From positions 1 through 64,000 of IMG/VR virus record IMGVR_UViG_3300035665_000023: a stretch of 64,000 nt of DNA; one strand, 5' to 3'. The notes under the pieces were generated by a model that ran no database searches, was not told where the DNA came from, and saw only the letters and a list, made by a program, of their open reading frames with translations. The translations under genes and the position numbers were made by a program. Positions 1 to 9,735 of the stretch are shown in pieces (the stretch's first letter is position 1; every line of letters begins with the position of its first letter). The stretch is from a virus.

Positions 1-2361
1 TATATTTTTACTGACCAATCCAGTAACTCTGATTTCTAGTGCTTCGTTGGTGTCGTCGGCAACGATACTGGCGGATGTGCCGCTCATGGTTCCTTCGCTG
101 TCGCGTTCCACAATCAAGCTGCCTATTAGCGCTGTGCCGTCTGCTGCATCTCTACGCACACCACCACGAATCGTCCACCATGCTCCGGTATTGTCGGTGT
201 CGTTGTAGGCGGCAAGTTTGATACCAAACGACCAAGTGGTTTCGGCGGGCAATGTTAAGCGATTGCCGGAACCGGGAGTGTCACCATTGAGTGTCAGCAC
301 AACATCTGCCGTGGCGTCGGTGGTGGCGCATCGAACTATCAAAATCGTATGTTGCGCATCGCCATTGGCGGCAAAACGTCCCGAAGCGTGACTGGTTTCG
401 CCGTAGCGAGTGGCTTTTGCACGAAATCCGCCACCAATGGTGCTAATGGTGCCGCTGCTGGTGTTGTTGTATCCGCCACCAACGGTGCTGCCATAGCCGC
501 TGTTGGTGTTGCCCTGTCCGCCGCCAACGGTGCTGCACGGGCCGCTGCTGGTGTTGCCAGTTCCGCCACCAACGGTGCTGCTGGTGCCGCTGCTGGTGTT
601 GCCATATCCGCCGCCAACGGTGCTGAGATAGCCGCTGCTGGTGTTGAAAAATCCGCCACCAACGGTGCTGTAGTAGTTGCTGCTAGTGTTGCCCCGTCCG
701 CCACCAACGGTGCTGTTGGTGCCGCTGCTGGTGTTGTTCAGTCCGCCACCAACGGTGCTTCCTTGGCTGCTGCTGGTGTTGCCTATTCCGCCACCAACGG
801 TGCTGTAGATGCCGCTGCTGGTGTTGTTTTGTCCGCCACCAACGGTGCTGCCCGTGCCGCTGCTGGTATTGCTAGTTCCGCCGCCAATCGTCGATCCAAT
901 CCCCGTATCTGTTTCTGCGGTGTTTACTACGGTTACTTGCGACCACGTTTGAGAGGCGGCTCCAACATTGCTGGTCAGCACAAGCGTGACATTGTTCCCG
1001 CTTTGAGTGGCGGTACTGGCGGTTCTAGTAATTCTCGTCCAAGCGTTGTTGTAAAAATAGCGGATTTCTACCGCATTGGCGGTGGTATTTTCGAAGTCAG
1101 CCGCCGGGGAATTCAAAACGGTAACGGTATTGGTGCTAGCGGTGATGTTGTTGGCGCGGCGCACTTTTTGTGCCGCAACATTGTTGGTGCCACCGGCAAT
1201 GGTGCTGCGTGCGGAACGCGACAGATTGTTTTGTCCGCCACCAACGGTGCTGCGACTGCCGCTGCTGGTGTTGCTAGCTCCGCCACCAATGGTACTGTAG
1301 GAGCCGCTGCTGGTATTGGCATTTCCGCCACCAACGGTGCTGCGACTGCCGCTGCTGGTGTTGTCCTCTCCGCCACCAACGGTGCTGACATAGCCGCTGC
1401 TGGTGTTGTTCGTTCCGCCGCCAACGGTGCTGTAGTTGCCGCTGCTGGTGTTGAACCGTCCGCCGCCAACGGTGCTGCTGGTGCCGCTGCTGGTGTTGTT
1501 ATCTCCGCCACCAACGGTGCTGTTGGTGCCGCTGCTGGTGTTGTAAAGTCCGCCGCCAACGGTGCTGTTAATGCCGCTGCTGGTGTTGTTCGTTCCGCCG
1601 CCAACGGTGCTGTATTGGCCGCTGCTGGTGTTGTTCGTTCCGCCACTAACGGTGCTGTAGGTGTTGCTGCTGGTGTTGCCATATCCGCCACCAACGGTGC
1701 TGTAGCTGCCGCTGCTGGTGTTGAAAAATCCGCCACCGATTACACTACAACTTCCACTCGCCACCTGTGTGTTTGCATTTCTTAAAGTTTGTAAATCTAC
1801 AGCATATTGTCCTCTAGCATTTCCTCCAGACACTGTGCCATCTGGCATTTGGCCGACAATAGCTCCAGTGCCTTTTGGACCCAGCACTACTCCAATGTCC
1901 GCTGATCCCGTTCCTGCGGATTCGGCTCTGAGAATTGCAAATCTGGAAAGGCTATACGTTGCAAAAGAAAGGGATAGTCGTTCGTAGTTCGAGGCGTCGG
2001 TAAAAGTGTTGTAGAGATTGAAACGCTGTGCATTTGTGCTGTTGCGCTGCTCAATCAAATTTGTCCCGCCGACAAGCACACCAGACGTGCCAAGCGTCAA
2101 ACCGGAAAACGTAGGCGTATTGCCAGTGCCTAGACCAAGATTCGTGCGTGCCGTTGCTGCGTTGGTTAGGTCGCTCAGGTTGCTTGCCTTGACCAGCAAA
2201 CCGCTCAAGTCCTGGTCGCCGGTGTTCGTGCCGCTTGAAGTGCCCGAGAACGTGCCGGATTGCGTTGCGAGTGTGCCCAACCCAATCAACGTCCTAAACG
2301 ACGATGCCGCCGACAGTGCATCGGTTTTGATTTGACTGAGGTCGAGCGACGTTGCGGACAT
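1..2361 (-). CDS. Tail fibre / receptor-binding protein, 3' end runs off the window (>=787 aa); missing from the ORF track
   Basis: ATG at 2361 overlaps the upstream stop (TAATG). Manual translation gives MSATSLDLSQIKTDA...GTNTGDQDLSGLLVKASNLSDLTNAATARTNLGLG (typical fibre motifs), two blocks of xxNTSSGxxSTVGGG repeats in the same frame, and ...ADDTNEALEIRVTGLVSKNI at the window edge. Confidence 0.85.
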   Translation of the reverse strand, partial: MSATSLDLSQIKTDALSAASSFRTLIGLGTLATQSGTFSGTSSGTNTGDQDLSGLLVKASNLSDLTNAATARTNLGLGTGNTPTFSGLTLGTSGVLVGGTNLIEQRNSTNAQRFNLYNTFTDASNYERLSLSFATYSLSRFAILRAESAGTGSADIGVVLGPKGTGAIVGQMPDGTVSGGNARGQYAVDLQTLRNANTQVASGSCSVIGGGFFNTSSGSYSTVGGGYGNTSSNTYSTVSGGTNNTSSGQYSTVGGGTNNTSSGINSTVGGGLYNTSSGTNSTVGGGDNNTSSGTSSTVGGGRFNTSSGNYSTVGGGTNNTSSGYVSTVGGGEDNTSSGSRSTVGGGNANTSSGSYSTIGGGASNTSSGSRSTVGGGQNNLSRSARSTIAGGTNNVAAQKVRRANNITASTNTVTVLNSPAADFENTTANAVEIRYFYNNAWTRITRTASTATQSGNNVTLVLTSNVGAASQTWSQVTVVNTAETDTGIGSTIGGGTSNTSSGTGSTVGGGQNNTSSGIYSTVGGGIGNTSSSQGSTVGGGLNNTSSGTNSTVGGGRGNTSSNYYSTVGGGFFNTSSGYLSTVGGGYGNTSSGTSSTVGGGTGNTSSGPCSTVGGGQGNTNSGYGSTVGGGYNNTSSGTISTIGGGFRAKATRYGETSHASGRFAANGDAQHTILIVRCATTDATADVVLTLNGDTPGSGNRLTLPAETTWSFGIKLAAYNDTDNTGAWWTIRGGVRRDAADGTALIGSLIVERDSEGTMSGTSASIVADDTNEALEIRVTGLVSKNI
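427..888. repeat. 45-bp tandem coding repeat, block 1 (about 11 units of 15 aa)
   Basis: TCCGCCACCAACGGTGCT...GCCGCTGCTGGTGTT recurs at 427, 472, 517 ... 877. Confidence 0.95.
1234..1740. repeat. 45-bp tandem coding repeat, block 2 (about 12 units)
   Basis: The same unit starts at 1234, 1279 ... 1729; degenerate units precede it. Confidence 0.95.
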
Positions 2362-2603
2362 TACGCAAACCTCTGCTTCAACTCGGCCATTTCTTTGTGT
2401 ATTGCCAGGATTTGGTTTCGCAATGCATTGCGGTCGTCCTCGCAGTCCTTGAGTCGCAAGTTGACAACCGACAAATCAGCCTCAAACTTTTCGATCAATT
2501 CCTCCTTCGCCTTCTCGAAGCGATGGAACAAATAAACCGTTGCACCTACGAGACTGGACATGACCGCACCGCCGAGAATGACCAGCAAGCTTTCCTGTGT
2601 CAT
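2361..2603 (-). CDS. Small membrane-anchored coiled-coil protein (lysis-region gene)
   Basis: MTQESLLVILGGAVMSSLVGATVYLF (hydrophobic segment) followed by heptad-rich sequence; start overlaps the peptidase stop. Confidence 0.7.
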   Translation of the reverse strand: MTQESLLVILGGAVMSSLVGATVYLFHRFEKAKEELIEKFEADLSVVNLRLKDCEDDRNALRNQILAIHKEMAELKQRFA

Positions 2604-3457
2604 GCGAACACGCTCTCTTTCGTCCAGTCGATGTTGCGAGGCCCAGGCGTTGACATATCGGAAATTCCAACGATCGCGGTATACGGATGACCGCACAAAC
2701 GATCGATGACCGTTGGTGATAGCTCGGTCCAAGAGTCGTTGTGCGAATTGAGTCGCCAGATGTAATTGCGACCCGACCGATCCTTGCGAGTGCTGTAGCC
2801 AAGCCATGCCGTCGCATGACCACCACCGTTGCTGAGTGACACGTTTTCCAGCACACCGTTGCTTGCATAGAACGAGTTGTTCCACACGGTTCCTGTGTGT
2901 ACTGCACCCGCACCGCTTGCGAGGTAGTCGAAGATTTGCTGGTAGGACTTGAGCCAACTGAACGATCGAATCTTGAACGTTGATGCCTGACTCCGCATTG
3001 CATCGGTAATCATCGATCTTGCATTCGACGGATATGGCGTTCGATACGGCAGTGCCTTCTCAGGCAACATGCCAACGTCTCTGGCAACCTTCAAACCGCC
3101 GCCGATCGTACTACCGACATCGCGTCCTAAGAGATTGTCGAACCTTTGCGACTCGAGGTAAGCGTAAAGGCTGGAGAACTGATGCTCGCCGCTGTACTCC
3201 TTGAGCCTCATCGCAAGCAGCAGAAGGTACTCGCAGCAGTTCGCAAGACTGAAGCCTTGGCAACTGCCCATGTTGAACTGCTTGTCGTGCCGAACCTTGC
3301 CTCTCGGGTCGATCTGCTCCGGTGCTAGGTAATCGCTCGACGACACTAGGAACGGTGTTGCATCTGCCTGTAGGGCAACTCTGTTCTCCAGGTCGATCCT
3401 GTAGCCCGTGAAATCCTCCGGTGGTTCCGAAAATGTCAGTTCCGCTTGACTCACCAT
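2600..3457 (-). CDS. Papain-like cysteine peptidase (C1A family)
   Basis: Catalytic motifs QFNMGSCQGFS (oxyanion Gln and Cys), GGGHATAWLGY (His) and IWRLNSH (Asn). Confidence 0.85.
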   Translation of the reverse strand: MVSQAELTFSEPPEDFTGYRIDLENRVALQADATPFLVSSSDYLAPEQIDPRGKVRHDKQFNMGSCQGFSLANCCEYLLLLAMRLKEYSGEHQFSSLYAYLESQRFDNLLGRDVGSTIGGGLKVARDVGMLPEKALPYRTPYPSNARSMITDAMRSQASTFKIRSFSWLKSYQQIFDYLASGAGAVHTGTVWNNSFYASNGVLENVSLSNGGGHATAWLGYSTRKDRSGRNYIWRLNSHNDSWTELSPTVIDRLCGHPYTAIVGISDMSTPGPRNIDWTKESVFA

Positions 3458-3828
3458 GCACCTCCGACTCGCAGGAGAAAGCTAGACACGGCACCTCGAG
3501 TGCCGTCGTCGATAACAGTTGGAATGTTAGAATCCAAAAGCTTGTCCAAATCAGTTGACGCATTGATGCGCGCATCATCCAAATCCTTTTTGAGAGTGTT
3601 GTAGAGTTGTTCCTCGTCCTTGATCTCGCCAGCAGCGACCTTGTCCGCTGCCGAGCGAAACACGCTGGCGTAGTTCTTCGCCGTTTCGGCGTGAGTCTTC
3701 TGCACAACACGCTCAATCGATTGTGCCACAGGCTGCGGTACAGGTTTGGGTTGCTGCTGGTAGAGCATGGCACCCATGATGCCAATCAGAATCCAAGGAA
3801 TCCAGCTTGCAGGCTCTTTAGTCGGCAT
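3451..3828 (-). CDS. Membrane-anchored hypothetical protein
   Basis: N-terminal hydrophobic segment WIPWILIGIMGAML, Pro/Gln linker, helical domain; overlaps its neighbours in the operon. Confidence 0.7.
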   Translation of the reverse strand: MPTKEPASWIPWILIGIMGAMLYQQQPKPVPQPVAQSIERVVQKTHAETAKNYASVFRSAADKVAAGEIKDEEQLYNTLKKDLDDARINASTDLDKLLDSNIPTVIDDGTRGAVSSFLLRVGGAW

Positions 3829-4129
3829 CGTTCACCTCTTCGTAGCTAACAGGCTCAAGCTCGGAAGCAACCACGCTTGGTTTATCAATTCCATTTTGCA
3901 GCCAATATTGAATTAACAGTTTGGCAAGCAACATTAGCAACTCGATAACCATTGGATCTATGCCTCGGAGTCTGCGATCGGCTCGAAATCCGATTAACGC
4001 ATCTTCGCCGCAGCCTTGGCAATCAATCCAATTGGACCTAATAACCGAACGAGCAAGCATCCTCTGCGCAAGCGACAGTCTGCTTAGTTTCTTTCGGTCT
4101 TCTTCGTTTACAGAAAAATCCTCACTCAT
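3818..4129 (-). CDS. Hypothetical protein
   Basis: ORF starting MSEDF, directly after the holin stop. Confidence 0.6.
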   Translation of the reverse strand: MSEDFSVNEEDRKKLSRLSLAQRMLARSVIRSNWIDCQGCGEDALIGFRADRRLRGIDPMVIELLMLLAKLLIQYWLQNGIDKPSVVASELEPVSYEEVNDAD

Positions 4130-4131
4130 CG

Positions 4132-4320
4132 CTACGCCTTTGCCGAGCTGGACCGCAGCGACTCGCCAACAATCCACGATCCAATTAGGATCGCGATGTC
4201 GGTAATCTGTTCTTCAGATAGCGGTATGTTCAGCCGCTCCTTGAGCACTACTGCAGCAAGAGCGCCAACTGAGACCCAAAAACGACGAGACTTGAGAAGA
4301 TCGTTGACGAAACTTGGCAT
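4132..4320 (-). CDS. Putative holin (62 aa)
   Basis: LLKSRRFWVSVGALAAVVL...IAILIGSWIVGE: KSRxFW motif and two hydrophobic segments typical of small holins. Confidence 0.65.
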   Translation of the reverse strand: MPSFVNDLLKSRRFWVSVGALAAVVLKERLNIPLSEEQITDIAILIGSWIVGESLRSSSAKA

Positions 4321-4370
4321 AATACAAATCTCTTTTTGCAAAAACTTGAAAAGCGTAATAGCCGAGTTCA

Positions 4371-4397
4371 GGGCGGGCAGCGTGAATCTGCCCGCCC
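4371..4397. terminator. GC-rich hairpin between the head gene and the lysis genes
   Basis: GGGCGGGCAG-N7-CTGCCCGCCC inverted repeat; no clear U tract. Confidence 0.45.
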
Positions 4398-4418
4398 GAA
4401 AACTACAAAAAGCAAAAC

Positions 4419-5291
4419 CTATTCCATTTGAGCGCAAGCCCACCAATCCATGTTGATCTGGATTGCTACAGAAGCAGCGACAGCAACCTTCAGCCCGATG
4501 ATCGGAGCCAAAAAGACGCTATCTGGGAACGTCGCCGCATCAATCTCAGAAGCAGTCAATCTTGCAGGAGCCGACGATGTACCTGCTAGATTACCATCAA
4601 CGTACCACTCCAGAGACTTTGGAACGGCCCTGTAACGGAAACCGAGCTTCTTGTAGGTCGTTCCGCTTGCTGTGAACTTTGCCACCGCATTCAGCTTGGT
4701 CTTGGTTGCACCGTCCTGGTAAGTTTGACCATTAGCCTTGTATGCACCATCCCAATCCGAGGTCTCTGGAGTCAGCTTGACGAACCCAAGAAAATTGGTG
4801 TCCGCCAAGGCACAAACATTATTAGCGGCAGCCGCAAATAATCCTGCAGATGCTCCGTCAGCAGCCTCAGCTAGCCCAATTGCGATTGAATAGTCATCAG
4901 CGGTAATGACATCGACCGACAAGCAAGCCTCAAAGCAAAGATCATTGTTTGCCAACTTAAATGGGGCGCACCTTCCTCGCCCCCACTGAATGACACCCTC
5001 GTCGTTCGCACCAGTTGCATCAGAGTCGATGGCAACAATGCCCTTACGCTCGTCAGTGTCCGCAATCTGATTAATGACAATGCCACCATCTGTGACAAGC
5101 GTCAAGTACGGACCATCGAGCGTAGCGGCATGAAACGAAAAGAAGTCATCAAAAAAACCAAACACAGGATTTCCGCTTGGGCCCTGATAAGAGCTACCAG
5201 TTGGATTCATGTTCGTAGGAGCAGGAAACCCCCGCCACAGCTTAGGCGAAAAAAGCCTCGTCGAAATTTCTTCAAAATGCGTCTGCATCAT
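4419..5291 (-). CDS. Virion structural protein (possible head decoration), about 290 aa
   Basis: Start MMQTHF at 5291; position right after the major capsid gene; beta-rich sequence with FFDDF motif. Confidence 0.6.
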   Translation of the reverse strand: MMQTHFEEISTRLFSPKLWRGFPAPTNMNPTGSSYQGPSGNPVFGFFDDFFSFHAATLDGPYLTLVTDGGIVINQIADTDERKGIVAIDSDATGANDEGVIQWGRGRCAPFKLANNDLCFEACLSVDVITADDYSIAIGLAEAADGASAGLFAAAANNVCALADTNFLGFVKLTPETSDWDGAYKANGQTYQDGATKTKLNAVAKFTASGTTYKKLGFRYRAVPKSLEWYVDGNLAGTSSAPARLTASEIDAATFPDSVFLAPIIGLKVAVAASVAIQINMDWWACAQME

Positions 5292-5346
5292 AAAACCCTT
5301 ACTAAAAACGGGAGTGTCCCAGCTTTGGGTGGGCGTTGTCCCAATG

Positions 5347-5381
5347 AAAAAATGGCGGGCGAATTTAACGTCTGCCCGCCA
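5347..5381 (-). terminator. Intrinsic terminator after the major capsid gene
   Basis: Minus strand TGGCGGGC...GCCCGCCA followed by TTTTTT. Confidence 0.75.
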
Positions 5382-5425
5382 GAGACGTTTATTAAGTCGC
5401 TGCTGACACGATGTCAGCAATGACA

Positions 5426-6544
5426 TTAAGCGGTTTCTGTTACAGCGATAGTGCTGTAGCCACGGAAGTTTCCGCGACGGTTGAAGCAAACCATCTGCAC
5501 CGAATCGTCCATGCAACGCACGCGAACGTTGCTCATTTCTGGGTGCTGGAATGCCTTTCGCTTGCGCATTTGCCGACCAGCGGCATAGTACGCTTTGAAG
5601 GTTGCCCAGTTGACACCGAGAATGATTCCGTCTGTTCGGGCATTGACGCTTCCAGAGTTCGTCCAAGCTGGAACCCAGGTCATGGGAACACCACGGACGA
5701 AAACAGTTCCGCTCCGAGCAGCCATGTCGTCGCCAATGTTGTCGTTTCCGAGCTGGAGCAAACGCCGACCCGCCGCCAACACACTGTGAGTCGTCAACAA
5801 CTCCCAATCGCTGCGCTTTTGGTCAACGATGTCAGGTCGCTGAACAGGCGGAGTAAACTGGCAAAGGTCCATCGAGTTGATGACCTTTTCAACAAAGTCG
5901 CTTCGGCTGACCGTTGTGTACGGGAAGGTTCGATTGCGCCACTGTGGATATGTAGCACAAGAGATACCGCCAACACCATTAGCCCCCCAACCAACCGGCT
6001 CAAATCCGTTAAAGCCTTCAGGAGCGTTGTTTTCGGTAACGCTGTCATTTGTTGCGGTGATCCACCACAACAGGGACGCAACCGAAAATGGAGACTGCGT
6101 TGGTCCAACGGGACCGGGGCCAAACACCAAATCCTCCATGCCCGTGTAAAACGATGTCATCAGGTCACGTTCCATGTCCTCGATGTAATCGTAAATCTGA
6201 CGGCCACCAGTTCGGAAGATTTCTTCGTCGATGTCGTAGTGGTAGTTATTTGTGGTCAACGCCCACTTCAACTCGCCTTGGTCAAGCGTATTGACCCGAG
6301 TCGAAGAGTCTCGGTGATACAAACCAACCGTCTGGAAGTTGTCGTTGGTATTGACTTTCACCTTCCATCGGCATTCCGATGTACTCATCGTGTCTTTCTT
6401 CAGGTTCCCTGAGAAAAGTCGCGATGCGTACTTGTATTCCTGCAACGGCAAGGACAAGTCCTGAGCTGCAAGCTGTTCTTCTCCAGCAAACTTCTGGTGA
6501 ATGCTGTTGACAAAGTCATCAATCTGGTCAATCGATAGTGCCAT
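5426..6544 (-). CDS. Major capsid protein
   Basis: 372 aa, follows portal and scaffold, followed by a terminator; GGISCATYPQWRN resembles the GGIxxxTYxxWRN motif of HK97-fold podovirus capsids. Confidence 0.8.
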   Translation of the reverse strand: MALSIDQIDDFVNSIHQKFAGEEQLAAQDLSLPLQEYKYASRLFSGNLKKDTMSTSECRWKVKVNTNDNFQTVGLYHRDSSTRVNTLDQGELKWALTTNNYHYDIDEEIFRTGGRQIYDYIEDMERDLMTSFYTGMEDLVFGPGPVGPTQSPFSVASLLWWITATNDSVTENNAPEGFNGFEPVGWGANGVGGISCATYPQWRNRTFPYTTVSRSDFVEKVINSMDLCQFTPPVQRPDIVDQKRSDWELLTTHSVLAAGRRLLQLGNDNIGDDMAARSGTVFVRGVPMTWVPAWTNSGSVNARTDGIILGVNWATFKAYYAAGRQMRKRKAFQHPEMSNVRVRCMDDSVQMVCFNRRGNFRGYSTIAVTETA

Positions 6545-6563
6545 TTGGCCAATTCCTTATGTG

Positions 6564-7547
6564 TTAAGACCGTTCGAGTTCCTTGTAAAGTCGGTCTGCC
6601 TCTTCGCGAGGATCGTCGCGAGGTGGTTGCGGCTTAGTAGGGCTTCCACCCAACCGCATTTGACTTTGCCTTGAAATTCTCTGGGTTTGTTGTTTGAGAC
6701 GTTTCTTACCAATCTCATCAGCGAACACCATGTTGGCTACTCGACTGACTAATTGGTCCGTGAGTTCTGTCGAACGACCCAACCGCTCAAGACCAATCAT
6801 CTGAGCTTTAACAGCCACATGAAGGTCTTTTCTGCGTTCCAGTTCCCGCTCAGATTCTTTCCCGGTTTTGCCAAACAATTCAGCGTAACCAAGAGAATCT
6901 ACATAGCTGTCGAACCGCTCTTCCTCAGACTTGGCATTCACATAAGCAAATTGCGACTCCAGACGTTCTAGTCGAGATTCATAATGGTCTCGCAATCGCG
7001 AAAACTCATCAACAATCTCGTCGTCATAGAGATCCTTGCTTAAGGAAACCTCGTACCGATCGCTCGACTTGCTAACAGCAGAATCTTGATCGTCCTCTTC
7101 CTCGGTATCTTGTTTCTTGGAGAATTGACCCTTCTCATTACGAGCAGGTTCTTTTTCGCTTTCAGCCATAGCCTTGCGGCCAGCTTCGAGCGCCTTCTTG
7201 TCAAGAAAACGCAAAACCTTTTCCAACTCATCGCGACTGGCAAACTCCGACAACTCGGAATCATCAATACCGTACGCGGTCATCTCGGCTTTGACTTTGT
7301 CATCAACCCATTCAGGAAGACTTACAGTTTCGCCGGTATCATCGCTGTCGGATTCAACCTCAGCGGCTTTTTCGCCGGATTTCTTCTCGGCGTTTAATTC
7401 TTTTGTTGTTTCTGTGTTGCTTGCAACATCAACGTCTGGCTTTTCTTCGCCTCGACGTTCTGCAGCAACCTCTTCAACAACCGCATCAGCATAAGCTTTC
7501 AAGCCTTCACTGTCCAGTTTTTCCATTTCAACTGTTTCGCTAGGCAT
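6564..7547 (-). CDS. Capsid scaffolding protein
   Basis: Very acidic and helical, RNEKGQF motif, located directly upstream of the capsid gene. Confidence 0.7.
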   Translation of the reverse strand: MPSETVEMEKLDSEGLKAYADAVVEEVAAERRGEEKPDVDVASNTETTKELNAEKKSGEKAAEVESDSDDTGETVSLPEWVDDKVKAEMTAYGIDDSELSEFASRDELEKVLRFLDKKALEAGRKAMAESEKEPARNEKGQFSKKQDTEEEDDQDSAVSKSSDRYEVSLSKDLYDDEIVDEFSRLRDHYESRLERLESQFAYVNAKSEEERFDSYVDSLGYAELFGKTGKESERELERRKDLHVAVKAQMIGLERLGRSTELTDQLVSRVANMVFADEIGKKRLKQQTQRISRQSQMRLGGSPTKPQPPRDDPREEADRLYKELERS

Positions 7548-7866
7548 CTCCGTAACCTCCGTCTAAATCGTGAAGACCACGCATTTTCAAGAATTCATTA
7601 CGTGCGCGGCGACTTGTAAAACGAATTTGACCGCTATCTAAAACAGCAGCCCCTTGTATTCTGTGTCTTCTAATTAGATCCCGAGTTTCGGTGACTTGTG
7701 ATTTCATAACACCACAACCTTCAGACACTAAAGGATTGTGTTCTGCGTAAGTGTTTGCAGCCATTGCTGGACGAGCAAGCCAATCTGATTTCTTTGGAAC
7801 GAGCTGATCTAACTCTTCGTGAGAAACAGTTCTTCCGTTGTATTTGTAGGTTATTCCGCCCATCAA
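7540..7866 (-). CDS. Head-region hypothetical protein
   Basis: ORF overlapping the portal stop and the scaffold start. Confidence 0.7.
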   Translation of the reverse strand: MMGGITYKYNGRTVSHEELDQLVPKKSDWLARPAMAANTYAEHNPLVSEGCGVMKSQVTETRDLIRRHRIQGAAVLDSGQIRFTSRRARNEFLKMRGLHDLDGGYGDA

Positions 7867-9653
7867 CCTGTTCCTTGCAACATTGATTCTCTTTGCTGCG
7901 AATTGATTTGCGGATTACCGCCCATCAAAGTCTGAATCAGAGCATTGTTTCTCGCCTGCTCTGTTCCACCTGCACTTACGTTGCGACGTATCGTTTCTCT
8001 CGTTGTTACTGGCGATTGCCTAACAGTGTTCTGGTCGCCACCAAGCATTTCGGCAGGTGCTGCAAAAGTAATAAATCGCTTAAACTCTGGCCTGTTTTTC
8101 AGTCTGGCAATTTCGTCAACGATGGCTTCGGCATCGATCGATGCTCCCGACGCCTGGAACATTGGCCAAAGCGGAGCGATTTGTTGCAAGACTTGGAACA
8201 ACTCTTGAAGCTTTTGTTCTGGCGTTTTGAAGACCATTGAATATGGTTCGACTCGAAAGTCATAGTCTTCAAACTCTCCATCCCGATAATCTGGCGTCCA
8301 GTCTGAATTAACGCTAATACCACTGTTCTCAACAGGCATAGCAGTCTTGAGTTCAAGCGTTGAGTCCTCCCACATCAATCTCCCTAAATCCAAAACAACA
8401 TCCGAAGCAAACGAAACAACTGCCATTCGCATGTCTGCAACGTTTTTGGAAACGTTTCCGTGAATCAGCTCTTCTTGGCCAAGAGTTGACGCTTGCTGAC
8501 CAAGACCACCCATTGCTTGCAAATTTCCAGCAAATCGGTCGTATTCCGCTTGCAGGAATGTCGCGAGAGCCATGTCTCTTTGATCAATCCCGCCTACTTG
8601 AAATTGCTTAATTTGCTCTGGGCTCCGACCTCTGTACCATCCATTTCTTTCTGATGTCCTGAGTCTTTCTGCGTCGTCTTCCATGCCTGGAGGGTATACA
8701 TTCACCACGCGATGAGCATCGGAATCATCCTCCATGCGACGGTGGAGCCTATTCTGCAGGTCGTGCATACCCTTCAAGTTAATAGCTGGCGATGTTGGAA
8801 TGACATTGTCTGGAGTGTCGCCAAGAGAAAGAAACTTGTACGGACCAGATTGACATCCAATCCATTCTCTTTCGATAAGCGGAGGCAAATCTGCTTGATC
8901 AACCGCAAACGTTGCGATGGAGTTGTTTTCTGCAATCCAAACATCCATCATCCATATCATGTCTTTCAAATCATCGTCTTCCGCGCTTCCCCAATCTGAA
9001 GCAATATCCCGTGCGGCGCCGACAGAATCCTGATGCCGACGATTTGTTGGCTTTAATTTGTCTTTGACTTTCTTGTCGTACCCTGGCTCGTCCATGACCT
9101 TTTCGTAGTCAGCACGATACCTGTGACCGCAATATCGCATCTTGGTCAGTTCTTTGGCTGGCATGTCAAGAATCAGGTCGTCAATGGAAACTCGGTTAAA
9201 CCAAGGCTGGCCTGGGTCCAACCAAACATCTTCTTCAGATTCAAGCATTCCATGAAAACGAGTGTCGGTGTCTCTCATCATTACAACACCGCACCCAAGA
9301 CAGAAAAACGCATCCATGACAATTGCTCGAATTGTCTTATCAAGCGTCATATCGCTTATAAGTTTATTGAGATTTACCTCAAATCGAGCAGCGAACGGCA
9401 AGGTTTCCATTCGCGATGTGGAAACCAAAACTTGCGGATTATTTGCGGCAAGTGCAATAGTGTAGATGCGAGCCGTCTGGTTCATCAGGTTTACGAGCGT
9501 TTTGTTTTCCGCACCTGATTCTGCGTACCAAGATCCAACGTAATCCTTGATAAGCTCTTTTCGAACACGACGAAACGGCTCCATCGCATCACGCGATGAG
9601 CGTATGGCTTTAAGAAGTCTCGCTCGTTTTTCGTCGTTATCTAAATCAAACAT
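7863..9653 (-). CDS. Portal protein
   Basis: 596 aa between terminase and scaffold; Gln-rich C terminus as in P22-type portals. Confidence 0.8.
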   Translation of the reverse strand: MFDLDNDEKRARLLKAIRSSRDAMEPFRRVRKELIKDYVGSWYAESGAENKTLVNLMNQTARIYTIALAANNPQVLVSTSRMETLPFAARFEVNLNKLISDMTLDKTIRAIVMDAFFCLGCGVVMMRDTDTRFHGMLESEEDVWLDPGQPWFNRVSIDDLILDMPAKELTKMRYCGHRYRADYEKVMDEPGYDKKVKDKLKPTNRRHQDSVGAARDIASDWGSAEDDDLKDMIWMMDVWIAENNSIATFAVDQADLPPLIEREWIGCQSGPYKFLSLGDTPDNVIPTSPAINLKGMHDLQNRLHRRMEDDSDAHRVVNVYPPGMEDDAERLRTSERNGWYRGRSPEQIKQFQVGGIDQRDMALATFLQAEYDRFAGNLQAMGGLGQQASTLGQEELIHGNVSKNVADMRMAVVSFASDVVLDLGRLMWEDSTLELKTAMPVENSGISVNSDWTPDYRDGEFEDYDFRVEPYSMVFKTPEQKLQELFQVLQQIAPLWPMFQASGASIDAEAIVDEIARLKNRPEFKRFITFAAPAEMLGGDQNTVRQSPVTTRETIRRNVSAGGTEQARNNALIQTLMGGNPQINSQQRESMLQGTG

Positions 9654-9735
9654 CCACAGCCGAAATGATTACGGAGCTATTCCGAACTTATTTCGACTGG
9701 GTTTTATCTCCAGCCAGAGCTAAATTGACACTGTG

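Noticed and set aside
427-1740. 45-bp repeats as a CRISPR array or DGR target
   Set aside because: The repeats are contiguous and in frame, with only 6-bp variable windows; no reverse transcriptase or template repeat is visible.
349-1785. 478-aa plus-strand Ala/Gly/Val repeat ORF and other ORFs over the repeats
   Set aside because: Shadows of the minus-strand tail fibre frame, which has a coupled start, fibre motifs and operon orientation.
5292-5807. N-terminal extension of the 462-aa ORF 4419..5807
   Set aside because: Overlaps the capsid gene and its terminator; the plausible start is 5291.
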